Positions 1-10,900 of a stretch of 64,000 bases of DNA are shown piece by piece. This stretch comes from Chlorokybus atmophyticus (lineage: Eukaryota; Plantae; Mesostigma and Chlorokybus algae): NCBI GenBank assembly GCA_009103225.1, contig RHPI01002955.1:249238-313237 (forward strand), read 5' to 3'. Position numbers and translations under genes: made by a program. Below the pieces are notes generated by a model, which worked only from the letters and a program-made list of their open reading frames with translations, made no database searches and had not been told where the DNA came from. Numbering within the stretch: the stretch's first letter is position 1; every line of letters starts with the position of its first letter.

Positions 1-303
1 AAAGTGACATTCTACAATTTGCAATACAACCTTTAGCTCCCTAGTTTCTTGTGTGCAAGCTTGGTGGTGGTTAGCAGGGGTTGCTAGCGTGTGCCCACCG
101 GTGTGTGCTTGCTTGTGTGACGATCCAAGGCGCTACACAAGTCGGTGTGTAGCTTCGAGCGCATGCGCGTGCGTACGCGAGTGGCGGGGCGCGTGTGTGT
201 GCTTGGCAGAGGGGGCAAGGTTCCGGTGTGAATACCGTGTCTTGGTGAGAGGGTTGTGGATTGGACCAACTCACAGGTGACAAGGCACGAGCACCGTCAC
301 AAC

Positions 304-315
304 TGGTATCGGAGC
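304..315 (+). promoter_or_regulatory. Primer binding site, tRNA-iMet type
   Basis: TGGTATCGGAGC two bases after the LTR-terminal CA; one base from the canonical TGGTATCAGAGC. Confidence 0.85.
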
Positions 316-344
316 ACGGTTTACGAAGGTGAGAGAGGAAGTGT

Positions 345-1421
345 GTGGGCGTTTACACTTTTCATTCGGAAGCGGAGTGTAGTGTGTTAGTGGAGATGGA
401 GGATGCTCGCATGGAAGAGCTTCAAGCTGCCATCTTGGCACTGAGGGAAGAGCTTCATCACACTCAAGCGGCGGCACAAGCACAACGCGAGGCGTATGAG
501 CATGCGATGGCGCGTGTACAAATTCCCATGGCATCAAGCTCGCGCGTGCATGTGAAGGTGCCAAAGCCCAAGCCATTCAAGGGTCAACGTGATGGAGATG
601 CAGTGGATGAATGGATTTTTCAAGTATCGTCTTGGTTGAAGCTCACGGAGGTGCCCACGCATCTGCACGTGGAGGTTGCAGCGACATTGCTTGAAGGTGC
701 AGCACTTGTGTGGTGGAGGCATCGATGTACGCGTGTTGCAAACGGGTTGGCGCTACTATTGACCACCATGGAAGAGTTGGCACTGGAGGTCAGGCATCAA
801 TTTGTTCCCGTTGAGAGCGTGAAGGCCGCACGCGACAAACTTGCAGCCCTTGTGCAAATGGGGTCGGTGATGGCGTACACGGCCGCGTTTCAGCGATTGG
901 TGATGTCCATACCCAATATGACCGAGGAGGAGCAATTGAACAGGTATACACGTGGTTTAAAACCTTTGGGGCGTAAAGAAGTGGAGCTACGGGACCCGAA
1001 GACACTCGCGGAGGCTATACGCATCGCGGAGCGTCTCGACGCGTTGTACTTCAAGTCCACCACAAGAAACACTGACTGGAGGCAAAGGCATGGTGATCAG
1101 CCCCGGGGAGGCTTTCAACATGCATGGAGACGAGGAGAACCAAGTTCAGCACCTGCCAATGGAGGTGGAGCTGACTCTGGGCCTGCACCAATGGAGGTGG
1201 GTGCCATACACACGCATGGAAGTGAGGCGAAGCACGGCGGACGTGGTGAAAGAGGTAAAGGTGTGCGCAAGTGTTATGCGTGTGGGTCGACGGAGCATTT
1301 GGCGTACGGATGCCCCAAACGAAGCACGCAAAGGCCAACACCGGATGGCAACCCTCGCCGTGATCGTCGCGTCAACACCATGAAGCAAAATGGCGTGGAG
1401 CAGGAAAACGACTTCCCCTAG
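345..1421 (+). CDS. gag: Gag with retrotransposon capsid domain and CCHC zinc knuckle
   Basis: KVPKPKPFKG...DEWIFQV...LLEGAALVWW capsid-like region and CYACGSTEHLAYGC (CX2CX4HX4C). The real start is probably ATG 397 or 409. Confidence 0.9.
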   Translation: MGVYTFHSEAECSVLVEMEDARMEELQAAILALREELHHTQAAAQAQREAYEHAMARVQIPMASSSRVHVKVPKPKPFKGQRDGDAVDEWIFQVSSWLKLTEVPTHLHVEVAATLLEGAALVWWRHRCTRVANGLALLLTTMEELALEVRHQFVPVESVKAARDKLAALVQMGSVMAYTAAFQRLVMSIPNMTEEEQLNRYTRGLKPLGRKEVELRDPKTLAEAIRIAERLDALYFKSTTRNTDWRQRHGDQPRGGFQHAWRRGEPSSAPANGGGADSGPAPMEVGAIHTHGSEAKHGGRGERGKGVRKCYACGSTEHLAYGCPKRSTQRPTPDGNPRRDRRVNTMKQNGVEQENDFP

Positions 1422-1436
1422 TAGAAGCGAGAGGAG

Positions 1437-3707
1437 ATGGCTTTGAACGCGCCAATGGTGGTGAGTTATGCAAACGAGGAGACAACAAAGTACTTCGGGC
1501 TTCGAGCACACATTTGCGATGACCAAGGACGATGGAGAGAGTGTAAGCTCATGATTGATAGCGGTGCCAACAGCAACTTCATGAGTATTGATATCGCGCG
1601 GCGTTACGGTTGGCTTTCGTCATTACGAGGAGGTGAAGTGAAGCTCGCTGATGGAGAGCCACCCTCTGGAGGTGATGGCGCTGCGTTTATGACCAAAGAG
1701 TTGTGCGTTCGCATTGGGAAGATGAAGGAGAGCATGCGATTTTGCTGCATCACCCTACGGAACGGGTTTGATGGGATTTTGGGACTACCGTGGCTATGGC
1801 AACATAATCCAGCCATCAATTGGAGGAAGCGCGTGCTCACCATCGAGCGAAACGGTGGAGAGTCCATTCAAGCTGCATCGGACGTCATTGAGGCGCGGCA
1901 CGCAAAATTAGGTGATACGACAATTGCCCAGATCTCTCATGTGCAATTGAGGAAGTTATTGTCTCCACGGAAGGCAAAGGCTGCATGGTTGTGCGTGGTG
2001 CGCGAAAACACTGCAAAGTCAGCACCGGAGCTGAGTGACGATGTTCAGACGGCTACTATGGACCCCGAGGTGTGTAAACTTGTTAAAGATTACCAAGATA
2101 TCATGGTGAACGGACTTCCATCTGGTCTACCACCTCCACGGAGCGTAGACCACCGTGTGGAGCTGATCGAGGGCGTGCACAAGCCAGCGTATCGACCCGT
2201 ATACAAGTTGTCACCTTTGGAACTGGAAGAGGCCGAGAGGCAGGTGGCGGACTTGCTAAAAAGAGGCTACATCAGGCCTAGTAAGTCCCCCTATGGTGCA
2301 CCTATTTTGTTTGTACGAAAGAAGAACGGGAGCTTGCGCATGTGCGTCGACTACCGAGCTCTCAACAACATCACGAAGAGGAATTGCTTTCCACTCCCAC
2401 GTATCGACGAGTTGCTGGAGCAATTGCAAGGTGCGCAGTACTTCACAACACTTGATCTTGCTGGAGGTTATCACCAAATTCGCATCGCGCCCGAGGATGT
2501 GGAGAAAACAGCTTTTAACACACGTTATGGGCACTACGAGTGGTTGGTCATGTCCTTCGGACTTACAAACGCACCGGCAACATTTCAAACGCTTATAAAC
2601 AGCGTTTTTGCTGACTTGATTGGTAAGGGAGTCCACGTGTACCTCGACGACATTTTGGTGTACGCGACAACAATGGAGGAGCACGTGGCACTTCTACGGC
2701 GCGTGTTGCAGCGTTTGCGCGAACACAAGTTGTACGCCCAGCTACAGAAGTGCAAATTCTTGCTTCGAGAGGTGGAGTACCTAGGCCACATTGTGTCGCA
2801 TGAAGGCATCAAGCCGGACCCCAACAAAGTGCAGGTGGTGCGCGAGTGGGCTGCCCCGACCAATGTAAAGGAGGTGATGTCCTTTTTAGGCCTTGCGGGG
2901 TATTATCGCAAGTTTATTATGGGGTTTTCGCGCATAGCTGCTCCCTTGACTGCCCTACTCAAGAAGGGAAAGCATTGGAGCTGGTCAGCAACAGAGGAAC
3001 ATGCATTTGCTGCGTTGAAGAAGGCGCTGACGGAGGCACCAGTCCTGGCTCACCCCAACATGGAAAAGACATTTATTTTGGCTTGCGACGCGTCCGACAC
3101 AGCCGTAGGAGCTGTTTTGCAGCAAGACCATGGCAACGGCCTTCAACCAGTAGCATTCTTCAGCAAGAAGATGAGTGGTGCGGAGCTGAAGTACCCCGTG
3201 CACGAGAAGGAACTTTTAGCGCAAGTCATGGCGCTACGACAATTGCGTTGTTTTCTTGAAGGCGACATTGTGTTACTTTGCGCGAAGCACGTCCAGGTGC
3301 GTACGGGAGTTCGCAAGCTGAATGAACGCTGGTTGGGACCATTTAAGGTCAGCAAAGTTATCTCGGACGTGGTGTACAAGTTGGAGCTACCCGACACCAT
3401 GCGTGTGCACCCCGTTTTTCACGTCTCCTTTCTAAAAGCATATCGAGGACAACCGCCAGAAAGGCCACCCCCCGAAATTGGCACGGACGGTGAACCCGAG
3501 TGGGAGGTAGAAGACATCCTTGGTGAGAAGTTTGTGCATGGCGTACGCAAGTTCTTAGTGAAATGGAAGGGCTATCCGTTGCATGAAGCATCCTGGGAGC
3601 CAGAGGCACACTTGACTAATGCTCAAGACGTTGTGCGTGCCTATCTTGCTCGACGACACCCTCGCGAGCTTCGAGGACGAAGCTCACCTGGGGGGGGAGG
3701 AGTGTAA
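1437..3707 (+). CDS. pol: Pol: protease, RT, partial RNase H, integrase C-terminus and chromodomain; integrase core missing
   Basis: MIDSGANSNF (PR), [11 protein letters not shown] and YLDDILVY (RT), LACDASDTAVGAVL (RH), then directly WLGPFKV and EWEVEDILGEK...FLVKWKGYPLHEASWEP (chromodomain). No HHCC or DDE motifs. Confidence 0.9.
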   Translation: MALNAPMVVSYANEETTKYFGLRAHICDDQGRWRECKLMIDSGANSNFMSIDIARRYGWLSSLRGGEVKLADGEPPSGGDGAAFMTKELCVRIGKMKESMRFCCITLRNGFDGILGLPWLWQHNPAINWRKRVLTIERNGGESIQAASDVIEARHAKLGDTTIAQISHVQLRKLLSPRKAKAAWLCVVRENTAKSAPELSDDVQTATMDPEVCKLVKDYQDIMVNGLPSGLPPPRSVDHRVELIEGVHKPAYRPVYKLSPLELEEAERQVADLLKRGYIRPSKSPYGAPILFVRKKNGSLRMCVDYRALNNITKRNCFPLPRIDELLEQLQGAQYFTTLDLAGGYHQIRIAPEDVEKTAFNTRYGHYEWLVMSFGLTNAPATFQTLINSVFADLIGKGVHVYLDDILVYATTMEEHVALLRRVLQRLREHKLYAQLQKCKFLLREVEYLGHIVSHEGIKPDPNKVQVVREWAAPTNVKEVMSFLGLAGYYRKFIMGFSRIAAPLTALLKKGKHWSWSATEEHAFAALKKALTEAPVLAHPNMEKTFILACDASDTAVGAVLQQDHGNGLQPVAFFSKKMSGAELKYPVHEKELLAQVMALRQLRCFLEGDIVLLCAKHVQVRTGVRKLNERWLGPFKVSKVISDVVYKLELPDTMRVHPVFHVSFLKAYRGQPPERPPPEIGTDGEPEWEVEDILGEKFVHGVRKFLVKWKGYPLHEASWEPEAHLTNAQDVVRAYLARRHPRELRGRSSPGGGGV

Positions 3708-4374
3708 CAGTCAAGGCCAAATTCTGTGATTTTCATGGCCGTTTTAGGCCTTATTTGTAAGGTACATGTTTTTAATGACTTGTGGCGGATATCGGCGAGT
3801 TATGAGTCTGCCGCGGATATCGACCGGGGCCCCAAGACCAGTCCGGAAGGTGCCAGAAAACGGAGGGCCAGTCGAGAAGGGCTCGACCAGATTTCTGGAA
3901 GGGCCTGGCGCCAAGTAGTATAACTTGACCATATGAGCAGCAAATTAGGAGATCTTTGGTGCGTTGGAAAGGTCTAGAAGTGTACTACAAGATTCTGCAA
4001 GAATATCTTAGCTTCTAGTTCCGTCTAGCGCTAGAATCGTCTAGACAGTAGCATGTGCAGACTGGTAGGTATAAAAGTGACATTCTACAATTTGCAATAC
4101 AACCTTTAGCTCCCTAGTTTCTTGTGTGCAAGCTTGGTGGTGGTTAGCAGGGGTTGCTAGCGTGTGCCCACCGGTGTGTGCTTGCTTGTGTGACGATCCA
4201 AGGCGCTACACAAGTCGGTGTGTAGCTTCGAGCGCATGCGCGTGCGTACGCGAGTGGCGGGGCGCGTGTGTGTGCTTGGCAGAGGGGGCAAGGTTCCGGT
4301 GTGAATACCGTGTCTTGGTGAGAGGGTTGTGGATTGGACCAACTCACAGGTGACAAGGCACGAGCACCGTCACA

Positions 4375-4386
4375 CTTCCCGTTACA
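4375..4386 (-). repeat. Terminal 12 bp of a TRIM family T1 LTR, the apparent target of the young chromovirus
   Basis: CTTCCCGTTACA is the reverse complement of TGTAACGGGAAG, the T1 LTR start seen at 6809 and 7260. Confidence 0.7.
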
Positions 4387-6748
4387 CATGATCACTCTCA
4401 AACTGCTATGTTGACAGCACTACTTTATGGGAGTTCAAGTGCTTAATTTTGGTGCAGTACCCAAGTGGCTCGCTCATGCAGTCAGTCATTTAGCTCATGA
4501 GCCTTGAGCATGATGAACTGTACAAGGCATTGATAAGCAGCTTGCACGGAGCTGGTCAGTGTGCATATGCATGCATAAGCATGCATGCCATTTGTCACTG
4601 TAGGTGACAAGGTGTTCATGGCTTTTTCAAAGGTCCTGTTTGGCCTGTGTGGCCTGTGTTACAAAGATAATTAGATGCGTCAGCACATGATGGGCGAAAA
4701 GGCTTTTCAGCTCTCCTGTGGCCAAGTGGGAAGGCAACAGGGAGAAATATAAAAGTCTAGATCAGCATGGTCTGGGAGGTTTTAGTTTTACACAGCCTAG
4801 TGCTTACTTGCTGTGTGTTTGAGGTGCTTGGCTTAACCATTCAAGGGGCCCTCCTTACCCTCCTGTGTGGGGCGTTTTTTAGCGGTTTACCTTGGGTTTT
4901 GGTGCTATACGTCGGAGTTAACCCCTATACTAAAGAACAGGCGCCTACCTATGTTTACAGGGTGGTTTATATCTAGTAGTTGGCGCCTGCACTAAAAGAG
5001 AGGCGCCTGGCTAGGGGTTTGGGTGGTTTAGCTCATGATTGACTGTATTGGGGAGGAGGCGCCTCCCACGTCCTGCTATTGCTGGTGGCGTTGTTGGTGG
5101 TCATCCTTAACTACCTGTAGTTGTGGACAACCCCTGCTTAGCTGGAACTGCCGTTGTGTATTGCTAAGAGTGCATGCATTTGTATGTGCATGCTGTAGCC
5201 TTGCACACTTGTCAGTGTGCATGCATGTATATGTGCATGCTGTAGCCTTATACATTGTTGGTGTATGTGTATGCCTCTTGTATATTGAGGATGAGCATGG
5301 CCTGTGTGCATGCACAATAGCCTTGCACTTGTGTGCACGTGTGGTTGCAGCCTTCTACGGGCATACTGCATGCTCACACATGTGTGAGTCATTGTCGGCG
5401 AAGTCACAAGCTTAGGCGGTTACAGGTTGAGAGTGGCTTGACCACCCTATTTGTGGTTCGTTATTGGCGAGGACGCTATAGGACTATTGCATTAATGCAC
5501 TGACTTGCACTAAGTGGTTTACATCACACTGAGGTGGTGGTTGTGACAGTGGTATCGGCGCTTGCTTGTGTAGTGGGCCTTGTGTTTCTGTGTGCTCTGA
5601 GTAATAGTGTACATATTGCTTTTCCTTGTCAAGCAGACATGGAAGGCAATGCTGGGCAAGCAGACCTTTGCCAAGTTGCGTTCTGATACGGAGATGATAA
5701 AACAACGCCATGCAGAGTAGCTAGCCAAGATGGCAGCTGTGCATGCCAATGAATCCATGCTGCCCCGCCTTGAGCTCCTTATAGGCACCTCTGATGAGAA
5801 GGGCCAGAACATTGGCACGCTACTGCGTGACTTGTTGTTCATGATATCGTCTGAGGTGAACCTCACGCGCACATGTTAGGATAAGTGAAATCAAGGAGGC
5901 TTGTGGGATTACACAACAGTTTGCTAGCCCATATCTCATGCAAAATGCATTAAAAGTCGGTGGCATATTGGCAGCTGACAAAGCTAGAGCGGTGGCCCTA
6001 ATGGCATTGTACTTGAGAGGGAATGCTGCCCGCATGTGGCAGGTGGCTGAACCCCGGTTCAATGCAAAGGGTATCAACACGGAAACACCGAATGTCTTTG
6101 AGAACGCCCTTCTGCAGGCATTCGGGGGTATGAATCCTTCACTCAAGGTTCGTAACAAGTTGGCAGCATTGCGCATGCGCTTCAACCACTCGGTTGAAGA
6201 GTTATAAGCGTTTGCTGCCTGCAATTGTGCAAGAGCAGTTGATCTTTAAGCCTGGTGTACATGGGCTTGAAGCATACACAGACCGGAACTTTGACCCGAA
6301 GGTCAAAACGGCTATTAATACAATAATCAGTCGCATAATTGTTCAGACAAACAAGCTGACTGTCTGTGAACGCCCAACCATATTTGCCAAAACTGAAAAG
6401 CGCACCTTAAAGCATGTGGCTAAAGGCAAATAGGAAGGCAAAGGCAAGAAGCCTTGAGAGGTCAATGGCAATGGCAAGAGGCCTCGAACTGCTACTGAGG
6501 TCGTGAACATCCCCATTGATGTAAAAAATAAGAGATTTAAGGCAGGGGAGTGCTCAAGTGTGGAGTCCACACTGTGAACAGAAGGGGCACCGGATGGCGG
6601 CATGCCCCAACCCGGCAAAAACTTATGACACCACATAAGGGTGCCGGGTGGAAAGCTGTGAAGACTTAGACGCGACACCCACAAATAGTAATGCTACTTT
6701 CGATATTGTGCTTGCTTCTGAACATAAGTTTGACATCGAGACACTTGT

Positions 6749-7800
6749 TGTCACATCCCACTTGACCAGAAAAGACTTGGTGCTTTTATGGTCGATTTGT
6801 GGTTATATTGTAACGGGAAGGTACATTAAATTACCGCAAATCGACCATAAAAGCACTAAGTCTTTTATGGTTGGGTGGGCTGTCACATTGGCCATCGGAG
6901 CTTGAGACCCGGGTTCAATTCTTGAATTGCACACGAATTCCGCGGTCGTTGTTTCTCAATCAAATAACATCGTCAATGGTCACTTTATAAGTGCCATCAT
7001 CGATAGGTCGCGACTTGCCTAATGGTAGTCGCGTTAGACTGACCAGTTCAGTCGGCACGGCAAGACGCGACCTGCCTGTCGTGATGCGACCTGTGGGGTC
7101 GGCAGCGGTGCGCCATGCGCGCATTGACCGGTATGGGCATAAATTGGCTGATCCTTAGGTGGTGGGGCCGGTGACCGACCCTAATCAGACCCCTGGGATG
7201 ATCCCCCAGCTGCTGGGAGCTAGCTGTCGAGGACGTCAGCGTTCTTAAGTTGGGGGGAATGTAACGGGAAGGTACATTATATTACCGCAAATCGACCATA
7301 AAAGCATCAAGTCTTTTATGGTCGAGTGGGCTGTGACATATATAATATACCTTCCCATTCCATTTCCCCCCACTTAAGAACGCTGACGTCCTCGGCAGCT
7401 GGCTCCCATTAGCTGGGGAATCATCCCAGGGGTTTGCTAGGGTCAGTCAACGGCCCCCCCACCCAAGGATCGGTCAATTTTGGCCCATACCGGTCAACGC
7501 GCGCACAGCGCGCCGCTATCGGCCCCACAGGTCGCATCGCTACAGGCAGGTCGCGTCCTGCCGCGCCAATTAAACGCCAGCGCGACTGCCATTGGGCAAG
7601 TCGCGACCCATCGATGATGGCACTTATGACCATTTACGATAATCTTAAATCGAGAAACAACGACCGCGGAATTTGTGTGCAAGGCATGAATCAAACCCGG
7701 GTCTCAAGCTCCGATGACCAATGTCACAGCCCACTCGACAACAAAAGACTATGTGCTTTTATGATCGATTTGTGGTCATATAATGTACCTTCCCATTACG
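6749..7800 (-). mobile_element. TRIM family T1 copy whose 3' LTR is split by a second T1 copy
   Basis: 5' LTR 7722-7800; PBS-like TGGTCATCGGAGC and B-box GGTTTGATTC on the minus strand; 3' LTR in two pieces, 6749-6808 and 7344-7362. Confidence 0.85.
6809..7338 (+). mobile_element. Complete TRIM family T1 (79-bp LTRs, 530 bp, non-coding)
   Basis: LTRs 6809-6887 and 7260-7338 (TGTAAC...GT[C/G]ACA), 5-bp TSD TATAT on both sides, PBS-like TGGCCATCGGAGC 6889-6901, PPT GGGGGGAA 7252-7259. Confidence 0.93.
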
Positions 7801-7804
7801 TTGA

Positions 7805-7928
7805 ACAGGGCAGCTGCCGAGGACGTCAGCATTCTTAAGTGAGGGGGAATGTAATGGGAAGGTACATTAATTAACCCAAAATCGACCATAAAAGCATCAA
7901 GTCTTTTATGGTCGAGTGGGTTGTGACA
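7805..7928 (+). mobile_element. TRIM family T1 3' fragment (PPT plus LTR 7850-7928)
   Basis: Matches 7215-7338. Confidence 0.85.
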
Positions 7929-10900
7929 CTTGCCAAGGTTGGTAATGGAAGAATGCTATCTACCTGCCATATTGCAGTGCACGACAATGATATGGGTGTA
8001 CCTGCTGACAAAATTCTTGTTGCATGATTGTGCTAGAAAACATTTGCTGTTAAATGCGCGTGCCAGTCATCTCAAGTACCATGTGAGGTGCAAGAGTGCA
8101 AGTGCTAACAACACCAACGCGTGTGTAGTTGTGTCTTGGTGCGCTACTTGAAAGACATGCAAGTGATATATGAGGTCAACAGGGGTGCGAAGGTTCCACA
8201 ATCTATGCGGGTCACGTATAATCCTCAAGTGTTTCACCGTGTATGTAAGTTGAACTTAACACGGTTGCTTACAGCAACCGTGGCAAAGGTACCTGTCATC
8301 ATGATGATTGACATTGGCACGCCAAAGAACTTTGTAAGTGAATCTTTGGTGCGACTTCTTGGCAGACATGTCAATGCATGCAATGAGCAAGTCGCTTTAC
8401 TTGACGACTATGCTCTACCTGTGCATGAAATAGTGCGATTGTCACTGCGTATGCAAGGGTATCATGCTCAACTCCGGTTCATGGCAATTCTGGTGGAAGT
8501 GTCATGGGTTAATGTAATTGTGCCAGTGGGAGAGAGCAGTTGGCTTACGCACTGATGCTAACACCAAGTTGTGTAGCGTGAGGAAAGGAGAAAAGGCAGA
8601 GTGGTCTTGAAGGCAAATGGGTGAGCACTGATCTGTCATGGTTGCTTAATGACCATCAGACGTCTCAATGCTTCTGAGTACTATGCAGGTAAAAAGAGAA
8701 TTTAAGCGAGGAGCTACTCCACTGTTGGTGCTTGTGCGTGAAGGGCCTGTCGCCAGTAAGGGAGACAACTCTACATCTGGTACGCCGACAAATGGCACAA
8801 TTGATGCTGCAATGCATGCAGTTTGGGATGAGTATGCTAACGTATTCATGGATGAGTTGCCTACTATGCCACCTGAGAGGGAAGTGTGGCATACTATCCC
8901 TCTGGTGCAAGAAGCACAACCTTCATTTAGATGCACATCTGACTACAGGATGAGCCTTGCAAAGCATGCTGCCATGGAAGGGCAAATTAAGCAATTGCTC
9001 ACAAAGGGGTTGATCGAGCTGAGTAGCTCTTCCTTTAGTGCCTATTCACTTTGTACCAAAGAAACTTGGCAAGCTCCGCATGTGTGTGGACTACCGTGCC
9101 TTTAACAAGCTTACCATCAAGAACAGGTACTCATTACCAAGGATAGATGATCTGTTAGACCAATTGTAAGGTACGACTATATTCAATTCCTTAGATCTTG
9201 GGTTGGATTACCATCAGATTCGAATAATATCGGAAAATGCCAAACACAGCATTTAGGACACCTGTTGGCCACTTCCAGTACAAGGTGTTGCCATTTGGAT
9301 TGATCAATTAACCAGCCACCTTTCGATTGCAACAATGAACCAGGTGTTCTCAAAGCTTATTGGTAAGACAGTACTTGTGTACTTGGATGATATCCTCATG
9401 TTTAGCAAGGACGAGGCTTCACATGTCGCACATGTGCGCATGATGTTGCAAACACTGCGAGAGCACAAGTTTTATGCTGTAGTGGAGAAGTTTGAGTCTG
9501 GGAAGCATGAGTTAGCCTTTTTGGGTCACATAATCAGCAAGGATGGCGTCCATGTTAATATTAAAAATGTATGTGCAGTAAAGGATTGGCCCGTGCTTGT
9601 GAAAGTACATGAGTTGCATTCTTTCCTTAGGTTGTGCAATTACTTTTGCAAGTTCACTCTGAGGTACTCTGGTAGAGTTGCCCCTCTTACTAATCTGACC
9701 AATGAAAAGATCAGGTGTGCTTTGACACGAACACGAAGGCAACGAGATGCCTTTAAGTCAGTCAAAGAGGCTTTGATGCAAGCGCCTGTGTTAAGGTTCC
9801 CTGACTTCAGTCAGCCCTTTACTTGTGGGTGATGCATCTATAGCTGGCACATGTGCCATATTAATACAGGGTGGTCATCCTCTTGCATACCTGATTAAGA
9901 AGTTATCTGCAGCTGAGAAGAACTACACTACCACAGAGCGAGAGCATTGGGGAATGGTGCACGCGCTCACAAAGTGCTGCTACTTAAAGGGTGGAAGGCG
10001 GTTCACAGTAGTAACCGACCACAAACCACTCACTTTCTGTCAGACCCTAACAACTTTGTCATGAAGATAAGCCAGGTGGGCAGAGTTTCAGTTCCGCTTC
10101 AACTTTACTTGGGTTTACAAGCCTAAAAGAGTGAATGTGACAGATCCCCTTAGCCACTCGCCGCTGTTGTTGGCAGTAATGGCGCGGGCACGCGGGGTAT
10201 CTGCAAGTGCGAACCCTTCAAAAAGGGAGCACAACCTTAGCAATGGGAGCAACAACTAGGTCCCAAATATGGAAACAGTTTCAGTCATTGCCGACTGACA
10301 CATCTAAATATGACTTATTGCAGATTGATGTCCAACCAGGGGGGGGGGGGTATTGGTGAGCCAAGAATGCATATTAAGGGAAGGGCCAATCCCCGGTGGG
10401 GAGGACCTTAACAACCAGTCATCAAGCACAGTTATTGAAGTTGATGCACTTGATATGTTGGAGCGATCGTCTCAAGCATACTCAACAGACCTCTGGTTCC
10501 TTAGCTTATTGAGAAAAGCAGATGCGGACTTGGTGTGCCATAATGGTTTGTGGTACTACAAAGGGAAGCTAGTTGTGCCTGACATGCTTAGCCTACGACA
10601 GGACTGCATGTATGAAGCATACAATGCTGTGTATAGCGGGCATATGGGCATGAGGAAGACCGTCAAGCAATGGAGCGCTTCTATTGGTGGCCAAGCATGG
10701 CATCTGATGCAACAAAGTATGTTCGTATCTGTGACATGTGTCAGCGCAATAAAGCCTCGCGTAGTAAGCCCGTAGGTCTATTGAAGCCACTAGAGGTACC
10801 GAAGTACCAGTGGCAAAGTGTTAGTATGGATCTGATTGCTGACTTGTCGGTAACAAAGAAAAGACAAAGCGCTGTTATTGTCTTTAGCGATAGCTTGACT

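Larger units (their letters stand above)
1..4374 (+). mobile_element. Young Ty3/Gypsy chromovirus LTR retrotransposon with internal deletion; 5' LTR cut by window start
   Basis: Bases 1-301 recur at 4074-4374 with the same short ORFs. 3' LTR is 3703-4374 (TGTAAC...GTCACA). PBS TGGTATCGGAGC at 304-315, PPT GGGGGGGGAGGAG at 3690-3702, gag and pol ORFs between. Confidence 0.95.

Noticed and set aside
53-280. Short ORFs duplicated at 4126-4353
   Set aside because: Chance ORFs within identical LTRs; no protein motifs.
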